A stretch of DNA of 64,000 nucleotides, taken from positions 32,001 to 96,000 of the IMG/VR virus record IMGVR_UViG_3300001517_000002. One strand, 5' to 3'. Below are positions 50,601-62,850 of the stretch, piece after piece. The notes beneath the pieces were generated by a model. That model was given only the letters and a program-made list of their open reading frames with translations, was not told where the DNA came from and ran no database searches. A program made the position numbers and the translations under genes. Position 1 is the stretch's first letter. Every line of letters starts with the position of its first letter. The stretch comes from a virus. Lineage: Duplodnaviria > Caudoviricetes.

Positions 50601-52633
50601 TTTAGTATAAGTATTAACTACAGAACTTTTGGAGGAATAGAAATATACCTCAACTACAAGAATAATCGCCATTGGGTTTGGATTATTGATAGTGGAAACA
50701 GCAAAGAGTACAGAGATAGTAACACATACTCAGAACTGACAGAGGAAAAAACATCTGATATAATCAACGATGCAAAAGGAAAAATCGTCAATGATATTGA
50801 CAAGTACATTGCTGATACCTATGAAAAAATCGCTGTCCTCAATGGGAAGATAGAAGAAGTTGAAAAGCTGTATTCGGAAATTAGAGATGCAGCCGATGAA
50901 ATGAATATATGGTCATACGATACAACTGTAAAGAAGTACAGAATATAAAGCTCTTGGAAAAAAGTAACAAAAAAGCACCATACACTTTGTACAATGTTAC
51001 ATATTGACAAAGTATAAAGTGTATGGTATACTGTAGGAGAAGTAAACATTTTGTACATTGCAAAAGGAGGAAATGTTATGAATACACCATTATCGAATCT
51101 GTTAAAGGAAAATCGTAAGGCATTACAGGGACTTCATATTATTGCTGGGATGGACTTTCAGAAGCCATTCCATATTATTGAAGCCATTGGAAACTTTACT
51201 TATAATTCGGTTATGAATCTGCTTGGAAAACCTGACCTTGATGAAGTCAATATATTTGTAATGTACAAGTCATCAAGAACTTGGGATGCAAACTACAATT
51301 ATCTCGCTCACGTTATCAAAGGAAAATTTGAAACTCAGCGTAATGACATTGAAGGCTATGAATCAGGTGGTTGGCGTTGGTTCGATACCGCAATAGGTAA
51401 AGGAACTTTTGAGAAAAAAAGAAAAGACAAGAATTGCCACTACTGGATAATTGCACAGGAGCGGAAATATGCTGTACAATCTAAGCCTAAAGCTGTGGAT
51501 TATTCCGTAAGGTATAGAACCAAAATAGACCATGGAAATTATTATGCCATTCCATATCACAAAAATGGTGATTGGTTTTACGATGATGTAACCTATGGTA
51601 TTTATGGAAAACCTGAGAACTTCCCTGACAAGTCTGGATATTTCAATACAAACGATTATCCGACAAGAGTACGGAAACTTAAAGCAGAACGCTCCGCTGC
51701 CGAGGCTGCAAAGTTCGACAATACGGAAAAGCTCAGAGAGTTCACGGAACGTATCAATCATTGCAATGAGGCATTGCAGATTATTCTCGCAGGAAATTAC
51801 ATTGATATTGACTACGAAAAAATCTCAGACGTAATACGTCATCTTCGTTTTGGAAAGCGTTATTACAAAGAGCTTAAAGCAAACGGCTTTACTTCCATGA
51901 GAGATATTAATTATACTTTGGAAAGATTAGAAGATGAAGTTAGAAGTGCCGAGAAGTATTTGAAGGGAGAATAAAAATGGCTGATATTATGTTCCACTTG
52001 GTTATTTATCTGTTCTTATGGAGAATCCTTATGGAATTAGATACCATAAAACATAGCCTAAAAGAAAAGGAGGAATGAATTATGAGTAAAAGAATTGGTG
52101 TAGCTGGGACATGGTTCTACGGAAACGAGGTCAGTGATTATGGAAAAAATAATAACAGAGTTGACTATCGTACATTAGCAAAGGCGTTTGGACACGTTGA
52201 TGCTGGAAAACTCATGGACGTACACCCTGACTACTGCGATGGAGCAGAGTGGGAAGTGGTCAACGGCAATGGATATTTCTACGAGGACTACAATGAGAAT
52301 GAATACAGTTATGAAGAAGCTCAGAAGCGTATCGAAGAACTGAATGAAGAACTGGAAAAGCTGGAAGAACTGGAAGAACTTACAGAAGAACAGGAAGAAC
52401 GCATAAAAGATATTGAGTATGACATTCATTCTCTTGGAGAAGGAAAATTCAGAGACTTCTATAACTACTTAATAATAGACAGTAACGGTGCGGAAATTCT
52501 GAAGGAGTGGACAGACGAGTATGTAATATATAATGAGGAACTTGACCTTTATGTGTGGGGAATAGACCATTGTGGAACTTCTTGGGATTACGTTCTCACG
52601 CAGATAAAATGCAACTATAAAGAAGAAGAATAA
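47633..52633 (+). other. Array of early hypothetical CDSs: 47633-47899, 47915-48109, 48123-48323, 48338-48709, 48710-49258, 49334-49570, 49573-49875, 49877-50227, 50241-50948, 51078-51974, 52082-52633
   Basis: Head-to-tail plus-strand ORFs, nearly all with AGGAGG RBS; no recognisable functions. Confidence 0.7.
51004..51032 (+). promoter_or_regulatory. SigA promoter flanked by operator copies
   Basis: TTGACA-aagtataaagtgtatgg-TATACT; CATTTTGTAC at 51047. Confidence 0.75.
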
Positions 52634-53104
52634 TAAAAAAGTAGAACAGGAGACAATAAAATGACTATTAATGGGAGGCATTGGCATTTAAAAAAGGAAA
52701 TGGAAATTCGATTGCAGGGTATTGCATTGGCATTGCTTGGAATTATGTGCCGTAACAATAATATTGATGGCGTTGCAATTTTATTCTTAGCGTGTGGCAT
52801 TGCTTTAACCTTTGGAAAAAGGAGGAGAGTTAATGACTCAGAAGCAGACAGAGAATTGTCTCAAGGTTAAATCAGCCTTGATTGACATTTTCGACAATGG
52901 AAGATTAACAAAGTATCTTCCCACAAGTTATCTCGCATTTGAATTAGCGAGAACATACAATCATATAATCAAAAATGAACCTGTGGAAACTATTAACAAG
53001 GAGCTTAAAGACTTCTATGAAAAGAACGGGTTTACAATCACAAACAAGGGCATAGGCTGGACAATCAGCTTATAATAAATATTGAATTTTAGGAGGAAAA
53101 TATT

Positions 53105-54115
53105 ATGACAAAGGCAAACATTTCATGGAACATCAATCAGATAGTAAAGGGCATGGCAAACGGAACTATCCGTTTTGATAATGCTATTCAGCGTGGTTAT
53201 GTGTGGGATAAAAAGAGGGCATCACTTCTTATTGACAGTGTACTCAGGGAATATCCTGTGCCGCCTATCTTTACAATCAGAACAGAGGAAAAAATTACAG
53301 TAAGGAATAAGGAAGTTTCTGTCTATGACTGCATAGACGGAAAACAGAGGTCAACAGCGTTCAAACTGTTTATGGAAAATGAGTTCGCTTTAACAGGGCT
53401 TGAGCCTATTATTCAGTCAGATGGCTCGGAAATTGACATAAATGGCAAGACCTTTGAGGAACTTGACGAGGAAATGCAGGATGCTATTAAGTCTTACACT
53501 CTGACAGTTTATTACTTCTCAGACATTACAGACGAGGAAGTTGCAGAAATGATGTCAAGACTGAATAATGGTAAGGTGCTGACAGGAACGGAAAATGCCC
53601 GTATCAAGGCAAAGCAGCTTGACACTATCAAGGAGCTTGCAAGTCATGCTGTACTTACAAACTACCTTACGGAAAAAGCAATCAAGGGATATGTCAACGA
53701 GGACATTGTAATCAAGTTTGCCCTTCTGCTCAGTGACCAGACGGAGCTTTCAAACAAAAATGTTCGTGAAGCGTATGAGACTTACAACTTTGGAGAATCT
53801 ACTTGCAAGAGCATTACTGATACTATGGACTTCGTTCTTGAAGCTATTGAGGATAGCACTGACGATAAGAAGCTTATCAAGCGTATGACTTCAAAGGCAA
53901 ATCTGATTACCATTCTGTATGTAGCACATGAGTATCTTGTAAACGGAAACGCTGATGTCAGCGAGTTCGCTGACAGGCTGGCTGAGTTCTTTGACGGAAA
54001 GAATGGAGCTACTATTAGTGATGATTATAATAGTGCTTGCACAAACGGAACAATGCGTAGTGCAAATGTACTTACAAGAAATGACGAGTTCTACAAGTAT
54101 GTAATGGGAGAATAA
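53105..54115 (+). CDS. DUF262 (ParB/GmrSD N-terminal-like) domain protein
   Basis: QRGYVW...LIDS.L..YPVP.IF...IDGKQR.T...F...RLNNG..L. Confidence 0.85.
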   Translation: MTKANISWNINQIVKGMANGTIRFDNAIQRGYVWDKKRASLLIDSVLREYPVPPIFTIRTEEKITVRNKEVSVYDCIDGKQRSTAFKLFMENEFALTGLEPIIQSDGSEIDINGKTFEELDEEMQDAIKSYTLTVYYFSDITDEEVAEMMSRLNNGKVLTGTENARIKAKQLDTIKELASHAVLTNYLTEKAIKGYVNEDIVIKFALLLSDQTELSNKNVREAYETYNFGESTCKSITDTMDFVLEAIEDSTDDKKLIKRMTSKANLITILYVAHEYLVNGNADVSEFADRLAEFFDGKNGATISDDYNSACTNGTMRSANVLTRNDEFYKYVMGE

Positions 54116-57100
54116 CATAACATTCTGTTTAGCGGACAGACTGTACATCTGTCCGTCTTACAGAGTGTTGTGTTTAAAAGCAAATAATAAGACGAGGGAG
54201 GAAAATATTATGAATGAATATATTATAGACGATTTTACAGGAAAGTTGACAGGACTTTACAAGGATTATATGTTTAACATCAGGATAATCAAAGGCGATT
54301 CGCCTATAAAGGCAGTAAGAGCAGCATACAAACCTTTTGGAAAAATCAGAAAAGCAAAAGCATTTGAGAATCCCGATGTTATTATAACAGCGATAAGACG
54401 AGAAGAAAACAAGTTGATACGCACAAGCGGACAAATGTGTTATATGTTTGAGGAGGCATAATTATGAGAGTGAAATATTTACCAGTCAAGACAGGTGAAA
54501 GACTTAATATATCACAGTACCCTAATTTTCACAAGTCAGGCAGTATCAAAGGAATGAAGAAGCTCTATTACGGTGAGAACGCTTTACTTGTAAGATGTGG
54601 CGAATGGATATACAAAGTACCACAGGAAATTTATGATAGAGCGCACTGAACGGAGGGAAATGTTATGACAAACAGATTTGAGCCAAGAAAAAGAACTGCA
54701 CTTGATGGAAAAGTGTGGTGGTGCGTATATGACAATCAGAACAATTGTTATTCTACATATATTTGTCACGGCAAATATAAGACTAAACGAAAGTGCATTG
54801 AAACTATTGACTTTTGGAATAAAAAATATTTTTCTAAATAAAAGGGTGATTTAAAAGCCAGACGGGGAGCTTACAATCTCCGTCACCATAGACAATAAAA
54901 CCAAAAGGAGGTAAAGGAGGAAATTATGAAGGTAATGAATCATATGGATTATGAATGTACGCAGCCAAACAAAATTGATTGTGAAGCCTACATCCATTTT
55001 ATGTGTAATCCAGACAACTCATACAATTGCAATGAATGTCCTGAACGTGAATCTGGATGTGATGACGGATTGCCTTGTGGTCAACAGCATTGTTGGGTAG
55101 ATATACATTGTAAGGAGGAAAAGTTATGAAAAAATTTATTATTAAAATTGAAGTTAATAATAACATTACATTAGAGGATGTGGAATCAGCTATCTCTGAA
55201 ATGATAAACAATTATCTTGATACAACAAATGGCTTTTATGAAATTACAGATACAGAAATTGGCGATGAGGATGAATTGAACTTAATAAAAGAGTGATTTA
55301 AGAGAGGGATTTGATATGATAGGTAGATTAATTCTTGGAATTTTTTTCTTTGCATTAGCTATTTTCGAGATAAGATTAGCTAATAAACGTAAAGAACAAG
55401 ATATTTTACAGCTATTATTCTTGATATTGTGTCATGGATTTTGTTGCGGATTATTAATCAGCAGGTTTCTGACAGATATAATTAATTAGGAGGAAATTTA
55501 AATGAAAAAGAGAATTGCGTTTGCATATGTTACAATTATAATGGATTTTGCAACACAGGGAGATGCGAAAGAATATAAACATAAGAACATTGCAAAGCAT
55601 TGGAGATTTTCGGAAATAAGATATACAGGTGACAGCGAATATCCTTATTCAATGGAAATTACAAAGCCATATGGCAAATACCCCACTGGATATTAATTAG
55701 GAGGAACAAGAAATGTATATCAAATATGTAATTGAGAAATACGGAGAGCAATACAATTGGAATAAAAGAAAAAGCCCACCAACACAGGATGATTTGTATG
55801 GGAATTATTATGCAAGTGATATTTCAACAGTAGATACAATTGGAATATTTGACACGGAAGAAGAAGCAAAACAGCATATGCCGACAGAGGTGGTTATTGA
55901 TACGGAAAAATACAATAGCTACAACGATACAAGAACAATATGGTACGATGTTTATGCCTTGTTTGCAGTCGAATTTGACGGAGGAGATGAACTTAACAGG
56001 GAAGAAATAGACGTTGTGATAGCTTAAAGGTTTGTATGAGGAAAAATAAGGAGGTCAATCATGTATCAAAAGTATATCGGAAATCCCAGCGAAGCAATAG
56101 GGAAAACCCTTTATGTAAAACTGCCATCAGGCTATGTAGCTGGAAAAGTTGTGGAATATATTTATCCTAAATACGGAATAGTTGGAACGTATAAGGTTAA
56201 AAGAGCAGACGGAAAAACAATGAGCGCACAGACTCTTTATTGTCCACAGGTTTATATCGACTGCTTTAGAACAATGGATTATCACGACTTTGAAAAATTC
56301 CCTTGTGAGAATTGTCCATTCAATAAGAAATGCGGAAGTTATAGGTAGGAGGTCAATTATGACAGTCAGAGAGTTACTTGATGATTTTCAGCTATTTAAA
56401 GGGAAAATTTATGTATATCAAGGAGAGTTCGGGGATAATCTTGAATTTGATGCAGATGACGATGAGGAAAATTTATCAAATGCAGAAGTGGTTGAGTATG
56501 AACTTAACTATGGCACACTATACATAGAAATAAAATAATACTTTGAGGAGGATTAATTATGACGGTTAAGGAATTTTTCGCAAATCTGAATCGTATAGTT
56601 GCCGATTATAACGTAGGTATGAGGGACATATCAAGCAATACGGAACATCATAATAGTGTTAATACGCTTATGGAAAATGAAGATTTATACAACGATTGGA
56701 AAAACGCAACGATATGGTCGTGGTGCGTTATAGACAATAAGTTTGTATTGACTGTACAGAAATGAGGAGGAAGATTAAATGAAACTTGATGAACTTATAA
56801 AAGGACTTACAGAAATACAGGAACAGTATGGAAATCTTACTGTTGAGATTGTGAGAGAGGGAGTTCACCTTCCTGAGATTGAACCATACATTGACGGAAA
56901 CTTTCTTTACTTAGAAGCCTATGAAGAAGGAGAGGGATTAGTATGAAAACACTTGAACAGTTGTTTAAAGATAACAGAAATGATTTTGTGGAACTAATGA
57001 GAGAGTTTGAAGATAGTTATACACCTAAAACTTCATGGGAAAATATGACCGACAACGCACTGGAAGAATTTAAAGGTTACTGTGAAGATGAAGCAAGTGG

Positions 57101-60100
57101 TTTTTTAAAGAATAGCTATGAGAGTGGTGCTAATAGTTCTGATTATGTTTTGAATGAATTTGACAGTATGCTTTGGACATATGCTCAGTGCATACAGCAG
57201 TTCGATATAATACAGGGAGGTTGCTTTATATGAATATCAAAAACCGTGAACAGATAATTGAACAGCTTACGGAAATGCTGATACAGTTTGACAAGGACAT
57301 GAACAAGTATCAGACAGATGTATACCTTTATTACAATAAGGAAACTCAGACAGCAGAGCTTGATACCTTCGTAAATGTGGGTGGAAATTCTTGGCTTGAC
57401 GATGACCACTCTACAATCTATACCGACAAGGAACATAATGAAACTGTGTGGAACTGGTTCAATAATTCTACAGAAATCGCAGATGTATTGGAATATCCCA
57501 CATATACAGAGTTCGATTATGATGTAAGACAAGCCCTTGAAATTGAAGCAGATGAGGATATTGCGTGGGAAGATTATATAGTTTACATCAAGTCAAATGA
57601 TGATTATATGGAAAAGATATACGCAGCCTACAAGGAATACATTGACGAATTGCGTTCTGAGTATGCAGAAAAAGCAGAAATGATAATGAAGCAGTTTGAA
57701 GATGAAATGACAATTAAGGAGGGAACTGCAGTATGAAAACAACTTGTGTTCTTGGAGCTAACAGTAAAGAGGGTCTGGAAAACATGATAAATAATTATTT
57801 CTACTCGGAAAATTATATTATCACAGACGATAATAGAGTATACAACCGTAAGACTATGAAATATCTTGACGGGTATATTGTACAGGAGAGGAAATTAAGA
57901 TGGAGTTTTAGGAGAATTGAAAAAGAAAATTGAGCATAGCTAATTGCCTATAATGGTGACAGCTTATAGGTAAATACATATGCTTAACGAAATCCAAACA
58001 TAAATAAGGAGGAAATTTATATGCTAAGATATGATATTATGTATGCTTGTCTTGGTAATGGAATTACCGTATGTAACAGAGCGCAAACGGAAAATGGTGA
58101 TTATAAAATTATAGCACACATTTCCAATGGTGGAAATATTGAATATCGAGTAAACAAGGACAAGCTTCCAGCGTATGCAATTAAAGGCATTGAGAATATG
58201 GCTGATGCTGAAAAGAAAAAATTTAGGGAAAATTTTATTAAGCTCCCCAGACTTAGACAGTATGAAATAATGCTTGACTCACTTCCTTGGTCACGCATAC
58301 GTCTAAGGTTTAAAGGAGCGTATAACAATGAAGAACTTTGGAAAGAACTCTTAAATGAGTATTTTGAAATTGCATAAGGAGAAAGATGATGACAGTACAG
58401 AAGAACTTGTTAAATAGAAAAACTCCTGCAAGAATTAATTATCCACAAGTTATCCGTAATGACGGAGCAGTATTTGAAGTATGCGGAAGTGATTATTACG
58501 GTTGGGAAATTCTTGTGATTTATGAATGGGGTTCAGACAATGTGTTCTTGATTGATGGAGAACGCAAAGGGATGCCACCACCAAAGTTTAAGACAAAAAT
58601 ACAGGCGGTCAAATACATGATAGAAAACGCAGACAAATTTACGTTTATGTAATTATAGAAAAAAAATGGATGTGGGAGGAAAAAATATGAGAAATAAATA
58701 TCCAGAATGTTGCTATAGTCATGACATATATAATAACTGTACTATTATTAAATGGGGAGAGTCGGGTTATTATAGAACTGATTTCCCGTCAGGACAGTAT
58801 GATGACAGTATTGTAAATGAGCTTAATAAAAATAGTGGCGTTACACCCCAGATGCGTAGAGCAATGGAAATATGTTCTATGGCTTCGCAGAACAATCCTA
58901 ATTTAAATTGGGAGAATCATTATGATATGATTATGAGGAGGCTGAAATGAAAAAGTTAATTAAGGAAATTAATGAATGTACGACCCTCTATCGTGATGAT
59001 ACAACAGGTATTGCTTGGATAGAGGATGGTTCAACTGGAATGGGAATATCAATACACCCTAACATATCCAACACAGGCTCAGTCAGAGGAATGAAAGACA
59101 GAGGATATTGGGGAAGAAAAGACCGCACGATTAGAAGTCACGGATGGATTTATAACATTGATAGACTTGTAGTCGATAATAATAATCCATTGGAAAAATT
59201 ATTAGCTAATACAGAATGTAAGTGTCAGGCTTGCATTGAACGTAGGGAGGACATATATGAAAGAAGATGACCTTTATTTTAAGAACGGAAAAATGAAGAA
59301 AAAATATATGATGTGTGAGAGCAAGGAATATCTCACAGAAATTAAAAACGCTAACGGATATAAAAACATAGACGAGATTAATAAATCTTGGGTATGTGCT
59401 GGAAATCGTTGTCCTTATTATAGTATGGGCTGCAAGAAATAAGGAGGAAGGTTATGGAAAACAAAGTATTTACAACAGGCAACAGTGGTTATTTGGGTAC
59501 TGAATATAGGTTGTATATAGACGGAAACAAAATTGAAACAAGGTATGACAACAGCGGCGATAATTACAGAAATCTTATGTATGATAATTATGTACACGGC
59601 TATACAACTGCACAAGTACGCAAGGCACAAAAGGAATACGATTATTGGAAGGAACAATTGGAAGAAATGAAAAATGCTCCTATTGTAGAAGATGATGAAG
59701 AATTTTTAGGAGAGTTATAATAAGGAGGAATTTTAAAATGACATTGTATGATTTTATCCGCATGGAAGATACAGACTTTGACACATATGACACGGTATTT
59801 GATGCCGAGGTCACTGTATGTGTGCCTTATGATGATTCGGAAATAACAGAATGGTATGACAAGTTTTATAACTTCATTATCAAACACGTTGAGTTTAAGG
59901 AAAAGATTTCAGAAGGTGAGTGTACCGCTGAATGGACAAACTTCATTACTGATAATCTGGAAATATTCAGAGAGGCAGCTAATGATATGTGGTACGATGA
60001 CCGTGTTCCTGACGATGACGATGACCTTATCTATGAATGGATTAAGGAAATACATAGTTGGCTTGCAGGATATGTAAGTGAAGTTGAATACCAGAAGTTT

Positions 60101-60704
60101 ATGGAAAAGTATGCACCCAAAATTAAGTAAAGGAGAGAATGATATGTTAAAAAAGAATATAAAAATTATTAAAGGAACATTAAGACCAGAAAAGGAAAAA
60201 CTTGCAAAGGTTGTTTATCATGGTGGGTTCTATTATGCCTGTGATGATTTCAGAATGGTGCGTTTTGAAGAACTTCCCGATGAACTCCCTTTGTTTGAGG
60301 ACAACGAGCCACGTTTCGATGTGGAATTTGGTGTGCTTAGAGCTGCGGAACAAACATACAGAGAGTTTGTAGTGCCATATCCGATTGAGGTATTGAAGAA
60401 GTGGAGGACTGGTAAAAGGAAAGAACCATATAGACTTGGAATAAGCGGAAAAACCTCTTATGGTTCTGAGCATTGGTTTGGAATTAATATTAATTTCCTT
60501 ATTGATGCTATCGAAACAACAGGTTCTTATGTGATTAAAGTCCCTGAGAGATATACGGCTATGGTAATGGAAGGTAATGGATTCACTTGGATGATTATGC
60601 CAATCGATGTTAAGGACGGTAAGGATAAGGGCGAAACTATTATAGTATAAATACAATGTACAAAATGAACATAAGCACTACATACATTTTGTACAATATT
60701 TATC

Positions 60705-60733
60705 TTGACAACGTACAAAATGTATGGTAAAAT
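60705..60733 (+). promoter_or_regulatory. SigA promoter with three GTACAAAATG operators
   Basis: TTGACA-acgtacaaaatgtatgg-TAAAAT; operators at 60658, 60685 (inverted), 60713. Confidence 0.75.
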
Positions 60734-60938
60734 ATGTATGTAAGGAGAAGAATATGATATATATAATTTTTACACAGGGTAATGAAGAAAAGGAAATTGC
60801 TTTCTGCAATACATTAGCAGAGGCAAAGAACAAGAAAAGAGAGTTAGAAAAATCCCCCGAATATTCAAATGGCTTGCTTACAATTGAAGTCAAGACCAAT
60901 AAGGGTAGTAGAATTTTAGGATAAGAAGGGGATATAAT

Positions 60939-61166
60939 ATGAGTAGAGTTAGAGATTTAACAGGGCAGAAGTTCGGCAGACTTCGTGTTCTTGAGCGAAT
61001 GGAAAACGCAACAGACGGTCACGCACAGTGGCTTTGTGAGTACAAATGTAATAACAGATTAATTGTTACAAGTCAATCGTTAACTTGTCATAAAACAAAC
61101 AGTTGCGGTTGCTATCGTAATGAAAAAAACAAGGCACGTTTCAGTGGTCAGGAGGTTGTATTATAA
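60939..61166 (+). CDS. N-terminal DNA-binding module of phage AP2/HNH homing-endonuclease type, lacking a nuclease domain
   Basis: DLTGQKFGRL.V......W.C...C....V....L......SCGC. Confidence 0.65.
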   Translation: MSRVRDLTGQKFGRLRVLERMENATDGHAQWLCEYKCNNRLIVTSQSLTCHKTNSCGCYRNEKNKARFSGQEVVL

Positions 61167-61330
61167 TCAAAAGGAGGTGAATATCCAATGGGACTGGCGG
61201 CAGCAATATCAAACGAAATACAATTAAGAGATAAAGGAGAATATGGAATTTTACATCATATGCCATACTTGTATTTACTTTGTCTCGCTTATAAAATGAA
61301 TTTAACAATATGAAATAGGAGGATTTTTTT

Positions 61331-61876
61331 ATGAAAAAAATAATATCAATTATAATTTCAGCAGCAAGTATTATTACAATCAGTCCCATGTCTGCAAGGG
61401 CAGTCAATGGATTTAGACCTAATGGGAGACTCAAGCTTGACATTAATGCGGATGAGTATATCAACGCCGTTGATGCGTCTATTGTCCTTTCTGAATATGC
61501 TAAATCCGCAACAGGTGAGGGCGAGTTCACAAGGACAGAAAAATTTGTAGCTGATTTCAACGATGACGGAAAAATTGATGCAGTTGATGCTTCTGGAATC
61601 CTTGCAGTATATGCTCAGAATAGTAGTAGGGATTGCAAGGAATATCCTATTACAACATTGGAATTTTATAGTATGATAAAAGTTGGTCATGACTGGATTG
61701 CTTGTGGTAACTCTTTCCTTTCTTACGAAGAAGCAATGATTGCTCTTGAATGTGGTAAAGAGAACCTTGAAGAAAAACGTCAGACTTATTCTGAGTGTAA
61801 CATTCAGATGGTGTCAACAATCATGACAGACTTACCGCAGACAGAAATCAAGTATGTATATAGAGAAGTAAAATAA
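61331..61876 (+). CDS. Secreted dockerin-domain protein
   Basis: Signal peptide MKKIISIIISAASIITISPMSARA; duplicated repeats DINADEYINAVDAS and DFNDDGKIDAVDAS. Confidence 0.85.
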   Translation: MKKIISIIISAASIITISPMSARAVNGFRPNGRLKLDINADEYINAVDASIVLSEYAKSATGEGEFTRTEKFVADFNDDGKIDAVDASGILAVYAQNSSRDCKEYPITTLEFYSMIKVGHDWIACGNSFLSYEEAMIALECGKENLEEKRQTYSECNIQMVSTIMTDLPQTEIKYVYREVK

Positions 61877-61890
61877 TAGGAGGGCTAATT

Positions 61891-62850
61891 ATGTCAGCCA
61901 ATCTTAATAACCAGAAGTTATGTAATGTTATTGACATATCAAGGCGAGAATATGATTTTAATGCTTTCATTCCAAGTTCCCATGACAGTTTGTCAGAACA
62001 AGAACTTACAGAAATTGAACGAGTAGAAGCTGCGCAGAGAGCTGGTCAAGGAGATGACGAGTTACCTGTTGGGATATTTAATGACCTTCTAAAATATTTT
62101 TTAGATAACCATGATTATCGAAGTGCATTATGGATAACTTTGCAAGCTAACACTGGATTAAGATATGTTGACATAAGTAAATTTAGGAAGATAGAACTTA
62201 TAAATGAGAACAATTTATTCCGTGAGTCGATACTTGATAGCGAACAGAAAACAGGTAAAAAAAGAATTAACTTTATTAATGATGCTATTAAAATGGCGAC
62301 ATTATTATATTTGTGGGACAACCCAGAAATTAAATTACTCGACTATCTTATTGTTGCTGATAAGAACGCACCCAACAGAGGCTATAAGAAAGAAACGTAC
62401 ATTGATAGTAGAGGAAATAAAAGGGTAAAAAGAGAGAATGGCAAATATGTTTATGTTCTCGATTCCAATGGAAATAAAATTATTGAACCACTTTCAATAC
62501 AATGCGCAAATGAAATTATAAAAAAGGCTCTTGTTGATGGTCTGGGAATAGCAATAAGAAATAGTCAGGGGAAAGATGGTTATTTAAAAATAGCTACTCA
62601 TTCCCTTAGAAAAACATATGCAGGGGCAGTAGTAGACTATTATACAAGACAGTTTGACACAAACAAAGAGTATGCTCATGCTGCTGCAATGGAACAGCTA
62701 CAATATGACTTAAATCATAGTAGTCGAAAAATGACATATCACTATATCGGTGATTATGTTGAAACTAAACGCTCAATAAATATGAGCATGAATTTAGGGA
62801 TAGATGTACTCAAACCAGTTTTTGATGTAGAAAAGGAAAAGAGGAAGTAA
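61891..62850 (+). CDS. Tyrosine recombinase (catalytic domain intact)
   Basis: TGLR, EQKTGK, HSLRKT, LNHSS..T.HYIG. Confidence 0.88.
   Translation: MSANLNNQKLCNVIDISRREYDFNAFIPSSHDSLSEQELTEIERVEAAQRAGQGDDELPVGIFNDLLKYFLDNHDYRSALWITLQANTGLRYVDISKFRKIELINENNLFRESILDSEQKTGKKRINFINDAIKMATLLYLWDNPEIKLLDYLIVADKNAPNRGYKKETYIDSRGNKRVKRENGKYVYVLDSNGNKIIEPLSIQCANEIIKKALVDGLGIAIRNSQGKDGYLKIATHSLRKTYAGAVVDYYTRQFDTNKEYAHAAAMEQLQYDLNHSSRKMTYHYIGDYVETKRSINMSMNLGIDVLKPVFDVEKEKRK

Larger units (their letters stand above)
54210..61166 (+). other. Second array of about 25 small early hypothetical CDSs (e.g. 54464-54649, 54926-55129, 55713-56027, 56061-56348, 57230-57736, 58021-58377, 58947-59270, 59738-60130, 60144-60650)
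   Basis: Tightly packed plus-strand ORFs with strong RBSs; many acidic. Confidence 0.7.

Noticed and set aside
52333-52400. Tandem GAAGAACTG repeats as an independent element
   Set aside because: Encodes an EEL coiled coil within a CDS
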